This document shows positions 1 through 9,300 of a stretch of 40,000 nucleotides of DNA, in pieces. This DNA comes from Klebsiella phage vB_Kpn529046-KEN25_1: sequence record PP723049.1; one strand, given 5' to 3'. The notes beneath the pieces are model-generated. The model had not been told where the DNA came from. It searched no databases and saw nothing but the letters and a program-made list of their open reading frames with translations. How positions within the stretch are numbered: the first letter of the stretch is position 1; every line of letters begins with the position of its first letter. The position numbers were made by a program, and so were the translations under genes.

Positions 1-401
1 TTTAACTGCTCCATACGTTGTTTATGCTCATTATAACTCAATCCGCCGTTAGCAAAATCAGTTAAACGAATCTGGTCATTCACTGCTGCCGCTTGAGCAG
101 TGCATGTACGTTCTTTTTGAGTTTTACGCAGACGCTTAATTTCTTCCAGCTCATGCTTATTCTGCTCAATCATGTCGAGTTCCATCGCAGATAGCTGGCG
201 ATTAGGATTAGCTTTTTCTTTCGCCAAACGACGCTCTACCGCGAGCGATTCAGCAGAGACCTGGTTGCTAGCACGATAGTATCCTACAGTACCGCCAATT
301 GCTCGCACCTGTCCAACAGAAGAAGCCGGGACGATATCACCTTGTGGCATTTGACAACCAGTCAGCGTGAGAGCAACGATAACAGCAAGTAACGATTTCA
401 T
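1..401 (-). CDS. Predicted lipoprotein, 3' end runs off the left edge of the window (partial)
   Basis: Not in the ORF track. Reverse translation from ATG at 401 is open to position 1: MKSLLAVIVALTLTGCQMPQGDIVPASSVGQVRAIGG... N-terminal signal peptide with LTGC lipobox, SD GAGGAG just upstream, early promoter at 435-464. Confidence 0.8.
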   Translation of the reverse strand, partial: MKSLLAVIVALTLTGCQMPQGDIVPASSVGQVRAIGGTVGYYRASNQVSAESLAVERRLAKEKANPNRQLSAMELDMIEQNKHELEEIKRLRKTQKERTCTAQAAAVNDQIRLTDFANGGLSYNEHKQRMEQL

Positions 402-434
402 TGTAATCTCCTCAGTATGTTATTTCGAGAACCA

Positions 435-464
435 TGGTACCACATCCTTGTGGCAAAGTAAACA
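435..464 (-). promoter_or_regulatory. T4-type early promoter for the lipoprotein gene
   Basis: Minus strand: GTTTAC (459-464), 18 nt, TACCAT (435-440); ends just before the stop codon of gene 43. Confidence 0.65.
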
Positions 465-470
465 ACTTTT

Positions 471-3179
471 TTAAAAATCGAACATGTCAAGAAGAGACGA
501 TTTCTCTTCATAGTCTAACCCTGCTGCTTCAGACATACCCGTCAGAGGTTTAACGAACGATTTTTGGAACAGAACACTGTGGTCAAGCCACACTAGAACT
601 TCCTGTCGGATTTCTTGTGGCAGCTCAGTGCCCGATGGCCATGCCATACATTTCTCACCGTATGGGTTACCTTCACGCAGCGGGATGACCATCACCTTCT
701 CGCCTTCCATGATTGGTGTTATACCTTCAAATCCTACGGTAGCTCGGTTATACGCTAAAGCACCTTTAACATGATATGGCGTACCTTTATCTGGATATCC
801 TGCACCATCATCATACTTGCCGATGTTGTTGGCGGTCTTAACTTCTGCTATTACTTTATAGTCAAGTTCACGATATTCAGACTCAAACTGCTTATAATAT
901 TGTTGTAAAGATTCTTCACCTTCCTGCAGCATACGCCGAATAGATTCTTCCAACGCATTCTGAACAGCAGTTGGTGTAGAACTTTGCTGAGTTTCCATAC
1001 CCATGATTTTCAGGTGCGGTTCTGCATAACGAGTACCTTCCATATCATAAACGTTCAGAGCATATCGTTTCTTCGCTTTCCAGAATCCGCCAATGCCGTT
1101 TGACCCCAACGGAGGACAAGAAATAGCTTCACGGTCCATGAACATTAAATGTTCTTTGTTGTTCATGTATTCACACATCTCACGATATGATTGGTCAATC
1201 CAAGGTTCCATTTTCTTCTTACCGAATTGGTTCAGGAATTCGACCAAATCGTTAGTTTCTTTGAAACGCTCAAGACCTACTTTCTCAATAACCTTATCAA
1301 CACAAACGTAAATTGAGTCAGTATCACCAGCTACTACAAACGAATGTCCTTCAGTACCACATACCTTGTTGAGATATTCATTAACTTTACGTTCAATCCA
1401 TTGAATTGCCATTTGACCAAACAGCGTGATTGCTGATGCGTTGCGCAAATCATAATAACGGAAGTAAATGTTACCCAATGCACCATAAAGGGAGTTGATC
1501 AGAATCTTACGGTTTAACTGGTTAGTGTTACCCAAGATTTCAGCGTGTTTACATTCAAACATCAGTTTGTCAAGACACTCTTCGGTATATGTCAGCAGTT
1601 CTGCTTTCATATCATCAGAGAAATCTTCATAGACATTAACTTCTGCGAATTTATCGATAGTTCCAAACTTCTTATCATTCAGAACCTTTTTAATCAGTTC
1701 TTGATTTCGTTTGGCACCCATCATTTTATTTTTCCACTCTTTACGCTGATAAAATACCTTCGCGATTTCAACTGGAATGACACCATCTACATCTTTACGA
1801 TACATCCAACCATTTGGTGAACATGAATATTCATCAGACGGACGAGGAGCAGTCTTGTTAATGTACTCACCCAACGGATGAAGTTTAAACTGTCCAACGA
1901 TAGTTTCTGGTGAAATATTGACCTGTCGGATGATTGACGGATACAGAGATGTCAAGTCAAACGACATGATATAACGATATGCAGCAGGAACTGGTTCCTT
2001 AACATACGCACCAGGATATGACTGTTTAACATGAGAACGACTTTGCGGAATAACCTTGTCCTGTTCTTTCAGACTGTTAAAGATGATTGCGTCCCATGTT
2101 TTAATTGGACTCATTACACCTTGGTATGGCATCTTCGCATAATAAGACATCGAGATAGCCAGGTCAATAAATCCACGAACAGCATCAATCGCTTGTACTG
2201 ATTCAACGTCGATGATGTTATACGAAATATACCGTTGGTGGTTAGTTTCACGCAATTTATTGATTGGACCGTCATATGCTAATTTACCTTTCTTGGTTTC
2301 ATAATAAGCAATGAAATCCAACTTATACGTCGGTTGGTTCGTGAAACTAAACTTCTTATACAAATCCATGTAATCAAGAATAGTCACACCCATGATAGAA
2401 TAAATTTCTTTATCACCATACATGTTTGTGATAATCTTAGATGAAACTTTATTCAGAGGAGAGAACCGTTTCATCGCACGCTCACCAAGAATCTGTTTCA
2501 CACGATTCATGATGTACGGAATATCAAATCCTTCAATGTTCCAGCCAGTAAAGATTGCTGGGCATTTCTGTTCCCAAAGATTGATGTACTCAAGCATCAT
2601 TTCTTTTTCTGAATTGAACGGCATATATACTACGCGGTCAAGAATATGTTGTGGAACTTCATCACCGCCTTCAGAATCTAAACGAGCAGCAAGTTTCTTG
2701 TCCCACTCGGAAACAGAACCATAAAGAGAATGCAGTAAATCAAATACGTAGAACTTATCATCAACCGAATCATAATGAGTGATAGCGTCAATTTCATATT
2801 GTGCTTTCATCGGGTCTGGGAATTGAGATGCAGTAACCTCAATGTCACAGTTTGCAATTCGGATGAATTTTTTATTATAGACGATTTCTGAGCCGTATGT
2901 ATCGCTGATATAAGCAAGTTTGAAATCATCCATACCCATTGCTTCCATTCCCATATCTTCCATACGACGCATCCAATCGCGTGCATCTTTCATAGTTGGG
3001 AATGTATTCTTCTTGCAATACTTGCCATAGATGTCTTTGTACTTTGTTTCTTCCATGCAATGACTAAACATAACAGGAGAATACGGAACACGACGCATGC
3101 GTTCCTCACCAGTAGAATCGATATAACGCTCTACAATGTCATTGCCTAGAGTTTCAACGCTGATATAAAATTCTTTCAT
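471..3179 (-). CDS. 43: DNA polymerase gp43 (family B, T4/RB69 type)
   Basis: 902 aa; DLTSLYPSIIRQ (motif A), NSLYGALGN (motif B), GDTDSIYV (motif C), N-terminal exonuclease motifs, C-terminal clamp-binding tail SLLDMFDF. Confidence 0.99.
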   Translation of the reverse strand: MKEFYISVETLGNDIVERYIDSTGEERMRRVPYSPVMFSHCMEETKYKDIYGKYCKKNTFPTMKDARDWMRRMEDMGMEAMGMDDFKLAYISDTYGSEIVYNKKFIRIANCDIEVTASQFPDPMKAQYEIDAITHYDSVDDKFYVFDLLHSLYGSVSEWDKKLAARLDSEGGDEVPQHILDRVVYMPFNSEKEMMLEYINLWEQKCPAIFTGWNIEGFDIPYIMNRVKQILGERAMKRFSPLNKVSSKIITNMYGDKEIYSIMGVTILDYMDLYKKFSFTNQPTYKLDFIAYYETKKGKLAYDGPINKLRETNHQRYISYNIIDVESVQAIDAVRGFIDLAISMSYYAKMPYQGVMSPIKTWDAIIFNSLKEQDKVIPQSRSHVKQSYPGAYVKEPVPAAYRYIMSFDLTSLYPSIIRQVNISPETIVGQFKLHPLGEYINKTAPRPSDEYSCSPNGWMYRKDVDGVIPVEIAKVFYQRKEWKNKMMGAKRNQELIKKVLNDKKFGTIDKFAEVNVYEDFSDDMKAELLTYTEECLDKLMFECKHAEILGNTNQLNRKILINSLYGALGNIYFRYYDLRNASAITLFGQMAIQWIERKVNEYLNKVCGTEGHSFVVAGDTDSIYVCVDKVIEKVGLERFKETNDLVEFLNQFGKKKMEPWIDQSYREMCEYMNNKEHLMFMDREAISCPPLGSNGIGGFWKAKKRYALNVYDMEGTRYAEPHLKIMGMETQQSSTPTAVQNALEESIRRMLQEGEESLQQYYKQFESEYRELDYKVIAEVKTANNIGKYDDGAGYPDKGTPYHVKGALAYNRATVGFEGITPIMEGEKVMVIPLREGNPYGEKCMAWPSGTELPQEIRQEVLVWLDHSVLFQKSFVKPLTGMSEAAGLDYEEKSSLLDMFDF

Positions 3180-3196
3180 GGGTTTCCTTTGTTTAT

Positions 3197-3214
3197 AGAC
3201 CGAGTTATTAGTCT
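3197..3214 (-). promoter_or_regulatory. gp43 autogenous translational operator hairpin
   Basis: Minus-strand RNA AGACU-AAUAACUC-GGUCU: 5-bp stem and 8-nt loop AAUAACUC, just upstream of the AAAGGAAA SD of gene 43. The loop matches the known T4 gp43 operator. Confidence 0.85.
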
Positions 3215-3226
3215 TTAGGTGGGATA

Positions 3227-3253
3227 ATTATACTCCGATTTTTATAAAGTAAA
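3227..3253 (-). promoter_or_regulatory. Candidate middle promoter for gene 43 with degenerate MotA box
   Basis: TTTACTTTA (3245-3253), 12 nt, TATAAT (3227-3232); one mismatch from the MotA box TTTGCTTTA. Confidence 0.6.
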
Positions 3254-3269
3254 AGGGCCGAAGCCCTTT
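3252..3269 (-). terminator. C(UUCG)G hairpin downstream of regA
   Basis: AAAGGGC-TTCG-GCCCTTT between regA and 43. Confidence 0.8.
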
Positions 3270-3271
3270 TC

Positions 3272-3634
3272 TTACGCACCGATTGTGTACTTAGATTTTA
3301 AAGTCCATTCATGTTTCTGTTTGAATGTAATTACTCGGAAGTTATTCTGCATCTGTGCAAGAGTTTGACCACGATTAATACTCAGTAGACCCCAGTCAGA
3401 GAGCAGTTGTGCGATTGAGTCTCGACGAATTTCATCTTCTAAGTCAATAGTAACAGGGCGACCATCAAGCTTTAACATCTCTTTAAAATGGACGATATAG
3501 TAACGACCCTGTTTCTGAAGAATGTGGCAGCTTTGATATAGTACCTTATCTTTGTTATTAGCAATTCCCATACGGGTCAGAGTTTCTTTAACTTTCAGGA
3601 AGTCTTCAGGCTGTTTCAGTGTAATTTCAATCAT
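3272..3634 (-). CDS. regA: RegA translational repressor
   Basis: MIEITLKQPEDFLKVKETLTRMGIANNKDKVLYQSCHILQKQGRYYIVHFKEML matches T4 RegA; likely start is internal ATG at 3634. Confidence 0.97.
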   Translation of the reverse strand: MIEITLKQPEDFLKVKETLTRMGIANNKDKVLYQSCHILQKQGRYYIVHFKEMLKLDGRPVTIDLEDEIRRDSIAQLLSDWGLLSINRGQTLAQMQNNFRVITFKQKHEWTLKSKYTIGA

Positions 3635-3636
3635 CT

Positions 3637-4203
3637 TTACCATTCCAATGCTGTTTTCTTAAGATTTTTCTGTTCTTTCACGTTTTTCGTGATTGTCTTG
3701 ACCAATTCATCAGTCACAAGACCTTTCATTTTCTTGAGAGCAGGTTTAAGCTTGTTTTTAGCTTCCAGGGTCTCTCTATACATCCTAGCATCAATCGCAT
3801 TGACCTTGTAATATGTCATTATAACTTGAAGAATCAATGCATCCTGGATGTTTTCTGTTAACTTAGCCCATTTACCATATCGACGACCTCTAGGAACAGA
3901 GGCCATCATATAGTTATAGTGTGCTTGGTCAGATAGTCCTTGACCCACAAGGTTCATAACATAAACTGCAGGCATGCAGTCAGCGTGCTGAGAAAGAGCG
4001 TTTTCAACCATGAATTTTGAATAATCCATTGTCGAGATATTCAAATGCTCTTGCTTTTCGTTAATAGACCCAATAATTGTGAAGAATTGATTTTCTGCTT
4101 TTTCTTTATATGAATCAGATAATTCCTGGACTTTCGTCCAGTCTTTACCTAACCACGCTATTTGGTGCTCGTTATACTGATCATCATCTTCAAATAAACT
4201 CAT
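3637..4203 (-). CDS. 62: Clamp loader small subunit gp62
   Basis: MSLFEDDDQYNEHQIAWLGKDW...MPAVYVMNLVGQGLSDQAHYNYMMASVPRGRRYGKWAKL matches T4 gp62; start likely 4203. Confidence 0.96.
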   Translation of the reverse strand: MSLFEDDDQYNEHQIAWLGKDWTKVQELSDSYKEKAENQFFTIIGSINEKQEHLNISTMDYSKFMVENALSQHADCMPAVYVMNLVGQGLSDQAHYNYMMASVPRGRRYGKWAKLTENIQDALILQVIMTYYKVNAIDARMYRETLEAKNKLKPALKKMKGLVTDELVKTITKNVKEQKNLKKTALEW

Positions 4204-5165
4204 CATTTCCACTGCATCTCTACAACAAGTTGAATAAGCATATAAACCAAATGTAATTCAATCGAAGCTGCTATGCCATGATACTGGTTATTTTCACCGA
4301 TGATTTCATACATTCGGATAATGCTTGGGCCAGTAACCATTGTATACAGCTCAGAAGAAAGTTTATCTACAAACCAAGTATAGTCTGCTGCATATTTCGG
4401 AGCAAGAGCACGGAGTTCTTTGATGTTCTTAGTTTTAATAGCTTCAATGACATCTTCAATTGAACCACGGTCATTCAGAACGATAGACAAGATACCTGCA
4501 TCAATCACACCCTTAGAAGAATAATGATCAAGCATGTTAATGGTCTTACGGAATTCTGGGAAATTCTTTTTGACCAAAGCAGCTACAACTTTCTTATCTT
4601 CAACTACCACGCCTTCATTTTCACAAATTGCGAGACAACGTTTGAGCATCTCGATTTGCATTGGCTTAACATCAGATGGAGATGGTTTACCAAAATTAAT
4701 TACACGGCAACGAGACTGAAGAGGTTTAATGATGCCATCAAGGTTGTTTGCAGTAATGATAATAGTACAGTTTGTGCTATACGCTTCCATGAATGAACGC
4801 AGATGTCGTTGAGATTCTGCAAGACCTGCACGGTCAAATTCGTCAATCACGATAATTTTCTGCTTGCCTGCAATAGAAGCAGAACTTGCAAATGCAGTTA
4901 ACGGTCCACGAACGAAATCAATCTTACAGTCAGAACCATTCACGAACATCATTTCAGCATTAATGTCATTACACAATGCTTTAGCTACTGTGGTCTTACC
5001 AGTACCAGGAGAAGTACTATGGAGAATTAAATGAGGAATTTTTCCTTTAGCTACTAAAGCTGAAAAAATTTCTTTATCTTCAGCAGGAAGTACACATTCA
5101 GAAATAGTACCTGGACGATATTTCTGTTCCCACATGAAGTCTGCTTCGTTTACTGTCAATTTCAT
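4203..5165 (-). CDS. 44: Clamp loader large subunit gp44 (AAA+)
   Basis: Walker A SPGTGKTT, Walker B IIVIDEFDR, LQSRCRVINF; high similarity to T4 gp44. Confidence 0.98.
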   Translation of the reverse strand: MKLTVNEADFMWEQKYRPGTISECVLPAEDKEIFSALVAKGKIPHLILHSTSPGTGKTTVAKALCNDINAEMMFVNGSDCKIDFVRGPLTAFASSASIAGKQKIIVIDEFDRAGLAESQRHLRSFMEAYSTNCTIIITANNLDGIIKPLQSRCRVINFGKPSPSDVKPMQIEMLKRCLAICENEGVVVEDKKVVAALVKKNFPEFRKTINMLDHYSSKGVIDAGILSIVLNDRGSIEDVIEAIKTKNIKELRALAPKYAADYTWFVDKLSSELYTMVTGPSIIRMYEIIGENNQYHGIAASIELHLVYMLIQLVVEMQWK

Positions 5166-5192
5166 TTATATTTCCTCATTCAGATTAAAGAT

Positions 5193-5206
5193 GGGGCCGA
5201 AGCCCC
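5193..5206 (-). terminator. C(UUCG)G hairpin downstream of gene 45
   Basis: GGGGC-TTCG-GCCCC in the 45-44 intergenic region. Confidence 0.6.
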
Positions 5207-5213
5207 GAAGTTA

Positions 5214-5915
5214 TTACTCAAAATCAAAGGTACTGTCTGCTTCCATTGCTACTACATAAGAGGCTGATGCACCTTCAAATTTCGCTGCAGTCTGTTTCTT
5301 GGAGCCATTCATTTTTGCCCACAGCATCAGCTTGTAATCACCAACAGTCATTTTCATGTTGCTCATGTTGATGATAAAGTTAAAGTTACCGTCACCTTCA
5401 TAATCACCGAGCGTCAGAGAATACTTCGGACGAGTCAGTGCAGCATCTTCTACTTTGTTATATCCACGCAGAACAATTTTACCATCAACATTAGTGATAG
5501 CAATTGTGTCAATCTGCATACCACGAGACACTCGCATCAGCTGTTGCAGGTCTTCACCTTTAAAATCGATAATTACGTTTGCTACCGGGAATGGGATCGG
5601 TTTAGTCGGGAACACGATTGTGCTCGGATCAGCTGCTGGCCAGAAAATAGTGGAACGAGCATCTTTAATTGCCAGGTTACCATCTTCCTGCATGATAATA
5701 TCTGCATCATCACCAACCAGAGACAGAATGCTCAGGAAACTGTTCAGGTCATAAATTGCTACATCAGTATCGATGGTATCAGAAATTGTTGCTTCAGCAT
5801 AAGTCGTGCCATTAACAGCACGAGTCATTATAAAATTACCAGGTTTCAGCATGATACCAGAGTTGATGGTGGAGAAGTTTTTCAGAATGTTCAGAGTTTC
5901 TTTAGAGAATTTCAT
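5214..5915 (-). CDS. 45: Sliding clamp gp45
   Basis: LLKNFSTINSGIMLKPG-type N-terminus, DARSTIFWPAADPSTIVFPTKPIPFPVA, NKVEDAALTRPKYSLTLGDYEG. Confidence 0.98.
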   Translation of the reverse strand: MKFSKETLNILKNFSTINSGIMLKPGNFIMTRAVNGTTYAEATISDTIDTDVAIYDLNSFLSILSLVGDDADIIMQEDGNLAIKDARSTIFWPAADPSTIVFPTKPIPFPVANVIIDFKGEDLQQLMRVSRGMQIDTIAITNVDGKIVLRGYNKVEDAALTRPKYSLTLGDYEGDGNFNFIINMSNMKMTVGDYKLMLWAKMNGSKKQTAAKFEGASASYVVAMEADSTFDFE

Positions 5916-5944
5916 TTCAATACCTTTTAATTAAGTTCAGGATA

Positions 5945-5971
5945 ATTATATCAAGCTGCGAATGTAGCAGT
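5945..5971 (-). promoter_or_regulatory. Candidate MotA-dependent middle promoter for gene 45
   Basis: ACTGCTACA (5963-5971), 12 nt, TATAAT (5945-5950), inside the 3' end of rpbA. Confidence 0.55.
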
Positions 5972-6328
5972 TAATTCTTCTGCAACAATCTGACCTGCTG
6001 CAACGAGTTGCTCATCAGCATCTACACAGTAATCATTTTCTAGACGTTCGCCACCGTGACGATCAGTAACAATTTTGGCACCAGCCTTGATTGATTCGTT
6101 GTAATGCTTACGCATCAGTTCAATCCATTTTTCTGCGACTTCATCATCGATAGATTTATAGAAAGCAAAGCGAGCTTCGGAATCTTTAATCTTATCTTTA
6201 ATAGCTGCTTTAGTTTCTTCAGTTAGAGCCAGAACCCAAGATTTACGAATACGATTTTGGTTATTCGGGTTGGAATCTGCACGTACGTTTTTAACCTGGA
6301 TATCTTTCACATCAACAAAATTAATCAT
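5951..6328 (-). CDS. rpbA: RNA polymerase-binding protein RpbA
   Basis: MINFVDVKDIQVKNVRADSNPNNQNRIRKSWVLAL; position between 45 and 46; likely start 6328, not the track start. Confidence 0.88.
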   Translation of the reverse strand: MINFVDVKDIQVKNVRADSNPNNQNRIRKSWVLALTEETKAAIKDKIKDSEARFAFYKSIDDEVAEKWIELMRKHYNESIKAGAKIVTDRHGGERLENDYCVDADEQLVAAGQIVAEELTATFAA

Positions 6329-6338
6329 TATATTTACC

Positions 6339-6533
6339 TTAATCGTAATAATCTTCAACCATCCAACCGGGATTCCTGCTGGACATGACTCTATTATATT
6401 CATTTCCTGTAAAAGCATCTCGTAACATTTCTTCTGTTACTAAGTGCTTTTCATCAGAAAACAAATTAGTTAACACATATCGCTTTACTTCAGGAAAGGC
6501 CAGCAGATGCTGGCCAGTTGTAAACTCATTCAT
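6339..6533 (-). CDS. 45.2: gp45.2-like hypothetical protein
   Basis: 64 aa between rpbA and 46, as in T4; overlaps start of 46. Confidence 0.75.
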   Translation of the reverse strand: MNEFTTGQHLLAFPEVKRYVLTNLFSDEKHLVTEEMLRDAFTGNEYNRVMSSRNPGWMVEDYYD

Positions 6534-8212
6534 TCCATCACCGTGAATCGTCCGACCTTCTTCATTTGAAGGTGTTGGCCATATGCCTGCGGGTCGTGGT
6601 CACGGTGAGAAATAATAAACACATTGGCATCTACCATCTTATTAAGAATAGCAGTTATTGCCTTAACACCTTCTGCGTCGGTGGCCGAATCGTAGACTTC
6701 ATCAAGGAACAGACAGTTTATTTTAACACCAGAAACTTTTTCAGCAATATCACGCCACGTGAATAGTAATGCTATATCAATTCTGGCTTTTTCACCTTGA
6801 CTAAACGAGGCATAACTAAACTCTTCTCGTCCGCGAGATTTAATCGTTTCAGAGAACTCTTCGTTCAACGTGAACGAATAATCAGCTTCCATAATTTTTA
6901 GGTAGCTGTTAATTTGCTTATTGAACATCGGGATGTACTTCTTGATGATAGCTCCTTTAATACCGGAGTCTTTCAGCATTTCAGTTAAAATACCACGACG
7001 ATATTTTTCCATAACCAAATTAGTTTTGACGAGAATAATTTTATCTAATTCTTCTTGTAGCAGTTCAATCTTGTCAGAGTTATCAATGAACTCCTGTGAT
7101 GCTTTATCAATTGCTGCTTTAATACGACGTGCTTTATCAACTGCAGTTAAAGTCATCTGTTTCAAATTACTCATTTGATTTTTGATGTCTCTTGCACGCG
7201 TACGAATAGTATTATACTCGCGAGCTAGTTCATCCAGTTCACTCTGGCGCGTCTTTAACTCGCCAAGAATGGTATTACATTCTTCAACATGATGATTAAT
7301 CTTAGTGATTAGAGTGTCATTAGAATGCAAATCCTGCAAGCACGTTGGGCAATGACCGCCTTTATCATACAACCCAAGAACCTTTGAGTATGATTCAATT
7401 TTAGAACGAATCTTAAAGGTTTTACCTTGAACTTCTTGAATTGACTCTGCTGGGTCATCACCAATCACGAGTTCAAGCAGTTCGCTTTGAAGAGTTTCTA
7501 ATTCTGCTTTATATCCTCGTGCCTCTTTCACTTGCTCATCATACATCGCCTGCAGGCGAGCTACGTTATCACCAGAAAGTTTCTTCTGCTTTTCTGCATA
7601 CTCATGATGAGTTTTAATTTCATTAGTCAATGCTTCACGCTGAACATCATTAACCTGGATTTGCTGATTGATTTCTCTTATCTGTGTCTTGTTCAGTTTG
7701 TCCATATCAGCCAAAAGAGACACTTCAAGCAAATCTTCAACGAGCTTTCGTCTATTAGCAGTTGATAACCCCATGAACGGAGTATATCCTGCCGTTCCTA
7801 ATACGACAATCTGCTTAAACGATGTGTATGACATGCCGATGAGACTTTCAAAGTAGGATTGAAAGTCCTTTGAACTTGCGGCTTCATCAAGCTTATTGCC
7901 ATCTCGTAAAATCTCAAAGACATTCGGTTTTTGTCCGCGTTTAATGTAGAAACTATGACCATCATACTCCATCCACAGTTCTACTACAGAGTCCTTCTTA
8001 TTGAAGGAGTTAATTAATTGACCTTTCTTAATATCACGGAACGGTTTACCAAATAAGGCAAAAGTAATAGCTTCGAGCATAGTACTTTTGCCACCACCAT
8101 TCTTACCTGTGATTAAGGTCTTTTGGCATTTATCAAGTTGAATGTCAATGGCCGCTTGGCCAACTGACATTATATTCTTATACTTGACACGATTTAGTTT
8201 AAAAGTCTTCAC
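6530..8212 (-). CDS. 46: Recombination endonuclease subunit gp46 (Rad50/SbcC-like)
   Basis: Walker A GKNGGGKST, CPTC zinc hook, YASFSQGEKARIDIALLF signature, FLDEVYDS Walker B. Confidence 0.98.
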   Translation of the reverse strand: MKTFKLNRVKYKNIMSVGQAAIDIQLDKCQKTLITGKNGGGKSTMLEAITFALFGKPFRDIKKGQLINSFNKKDSVVELWMEYDGHSFYIKRGQKPNVFEILRDGNKLDEAASSKDFQSYFESLIGMSYTSFKQIVVLGTAGYTPFMGLSTANRRKLVEDLLEVSLLADMDKLNKTQIREINQQIQVNDVQREALTNEIKTHHEYAEKQKKLSGDNVARLQAMYDEQVKEARGYKAELETLQSELLELVIGDDPAESIQEVQGKTFKIRSKIESYSKVLGLYDKGGHCPTCLQDLHSNDTLITKINHHVEECNTILGELKTRQSELDELAREYNTIRTRARDIKNQMSNLKQMTLTAVDKARRIKAAIDKASQEFIDNSDKIELLQEELDKIILVKTNLVMEKYRRGILTEMLKDSGIKGAIIKKYIPMFNKQINSYLKIMEADYSFTLNEEFSETIKSRGREEFSYASFSQGEKARIDIALLFTWRDIAEKVSGVKINCLFLDEVYDSATDAEGVKAITAILNKMVDANVFIISHRDHDPQAYGQHLQMKKVGRFTVME

Positions 8213-9231
8213 TGATTTTGTGCCTCAATGTATAACTGTTTAGACATAACCTTTAAGGCTTTGATATCATCTGCTGATAGGTCTTCAAGTGCTTGTATAT
8301 ATTCTTCCATTAAATCCAATAAGCTTTTAACTTCTACTTCTTCGCCATCTTCAGACTCAACCGAGTTGTCAACTTTAGAAACAGTTCTTAATTCATGTAC
8401 TACCTTTTCAAGTTCTGATTCAAACTTAGGAAGGTCTTCATCGACCGCAGTGATAATAATGCGTACTGCGAGATTACGAAACTCTTCAAAGTCAATTTTT
8501 CCAGTAACAGGATAAATCAGTTTTCTGTGCCAAGTGATTTCATTAGGGACGAAATCAAAGGTTGATAATTCAGTGTCTTGAACCCAGAAGCCGCGTGGGT
8601 CGTTCTCGTCACCCGCTGTAAGCGTCCAAGGTGTTCCGATGTACTTAACGTTTGCTGCGCTTGATATGGTGTGGAAGTGCCCAGACCATACTTGTTTGTA
8701 CTTTTTGAGGAAATCTGGTTCCAGCCCATGAGATTTCATTCCTTTATAAAAATAAAAGCCATTAAGCTCCCAATGACCAATGCAGTATTCAGCAGACGAT
8801 TCTTTGATATGCTTCATGATTTCTGATGTGTTCTCTTCACACATCCATGGACACAAGTCAATCAAAGTCCCATCAAAATCCATAGTCACGGGCTTTTCAA
8901 TAACAGTAATATGCTTATACTTACCAAGAACTTCGGTTGATGCATTAGGCGTCAACGTATTCTTGTAGTGCATGTCATGATTTCCGACGATCGTAATTAA
9001 GTTAATTCCTTCTTTCTCAAGAGACTCTGCAATTTCACGAGCAAATTCCATTGTCTTATGAGTGATAGCTTTACGAACGTCAAAAATATCACCGTATTGA
9101 ATGATAGTTTTAATTCCATGCTTTTTGGCATAATCAATATGCTGCTTAATTCCGTGTCGTTGTACATCCTGTACCCACGGGTCATCTGCGCGGACACCTA
9201 AATGCCAATCGCCTGAGTGAATAATTTTCAT
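8209..9231 (-). CDS. 47: Recombination endonuclease subunit gp47 (Mre11/SbcD-like)
   Basis: HSGDWHLG, YGDIFDVR, VGNHDMHYKN, SGHFHT phosphoesterase motifs. Confidence 0.98.
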   Translation of the reverse strand: MKIIHSGDWHLGVRADDPWVQDVQRHGIKQHIDYAKKHGIKTIIQYGDIFDVRKAITHKTMEFAREIAESLEKEGINLITIVGNHDMHYKNTLTPNASTEVLGKYKHITVIEKPVTMDFDGTLIDLCPWMCEENTSEIMKHIKESSAEYCIGHWELNGFYFYKGMKSHGLEPDFLKKYKQVWSGHFHTISSAANVKYIGTPWTLTAGDENDPRGFWVQDTELSTFDFVPNEITWHRKLIYPVTGKIDFEEFRNLAVRIIITAVDEDLPKFESELEKVVHELRTVSKVDNSVESEDGEEVEVKSLLDLMEEYIQALEDLSADDIKALKVMSKQLYIEAQNQ

Positions 9232-9253
9232 ATAACCTCTCTAGTAGAGTTTA

Positions 9254-9280
9254 ATTTTATATTATTCCATGAATAGCAAA
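9254..9280 (-). promoter_or_regulatory. Candidate MotA-type middle promoter for gene 47
   Basis: TTTGCTATT (9272-9280), 12 nt, TAAAAT (9254-9259). Confidence 0.55.
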
Positions 9281-9281
9281 A

Positions 9282-9295
9282 GGGCCCGAAGGCCC
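9282..9295 (-). terminator. C(UUCG)G hairpin after a-gt
   Basis: GGGCC-TTCG-GGCCC followed by TTTTGC. Confidence 0.75.
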
Positions 9296-9300
9296 ATTAC

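Noticed and set aside
1093-2724. Plus-strand ORFs of 72-100 aa inside gene 43 listed by the track
   Set aside because: They are antisense to a confidently assigned DNA polymerase, have no recognisable motifs, and are expected by chance on the opposite strand.
8517-9197. Minus-strand ORFs 8517..8729 and 8997..9197
   Set aside because: Both lie out of frame inside gene 47, whose phosphoesterase motifs are intact.
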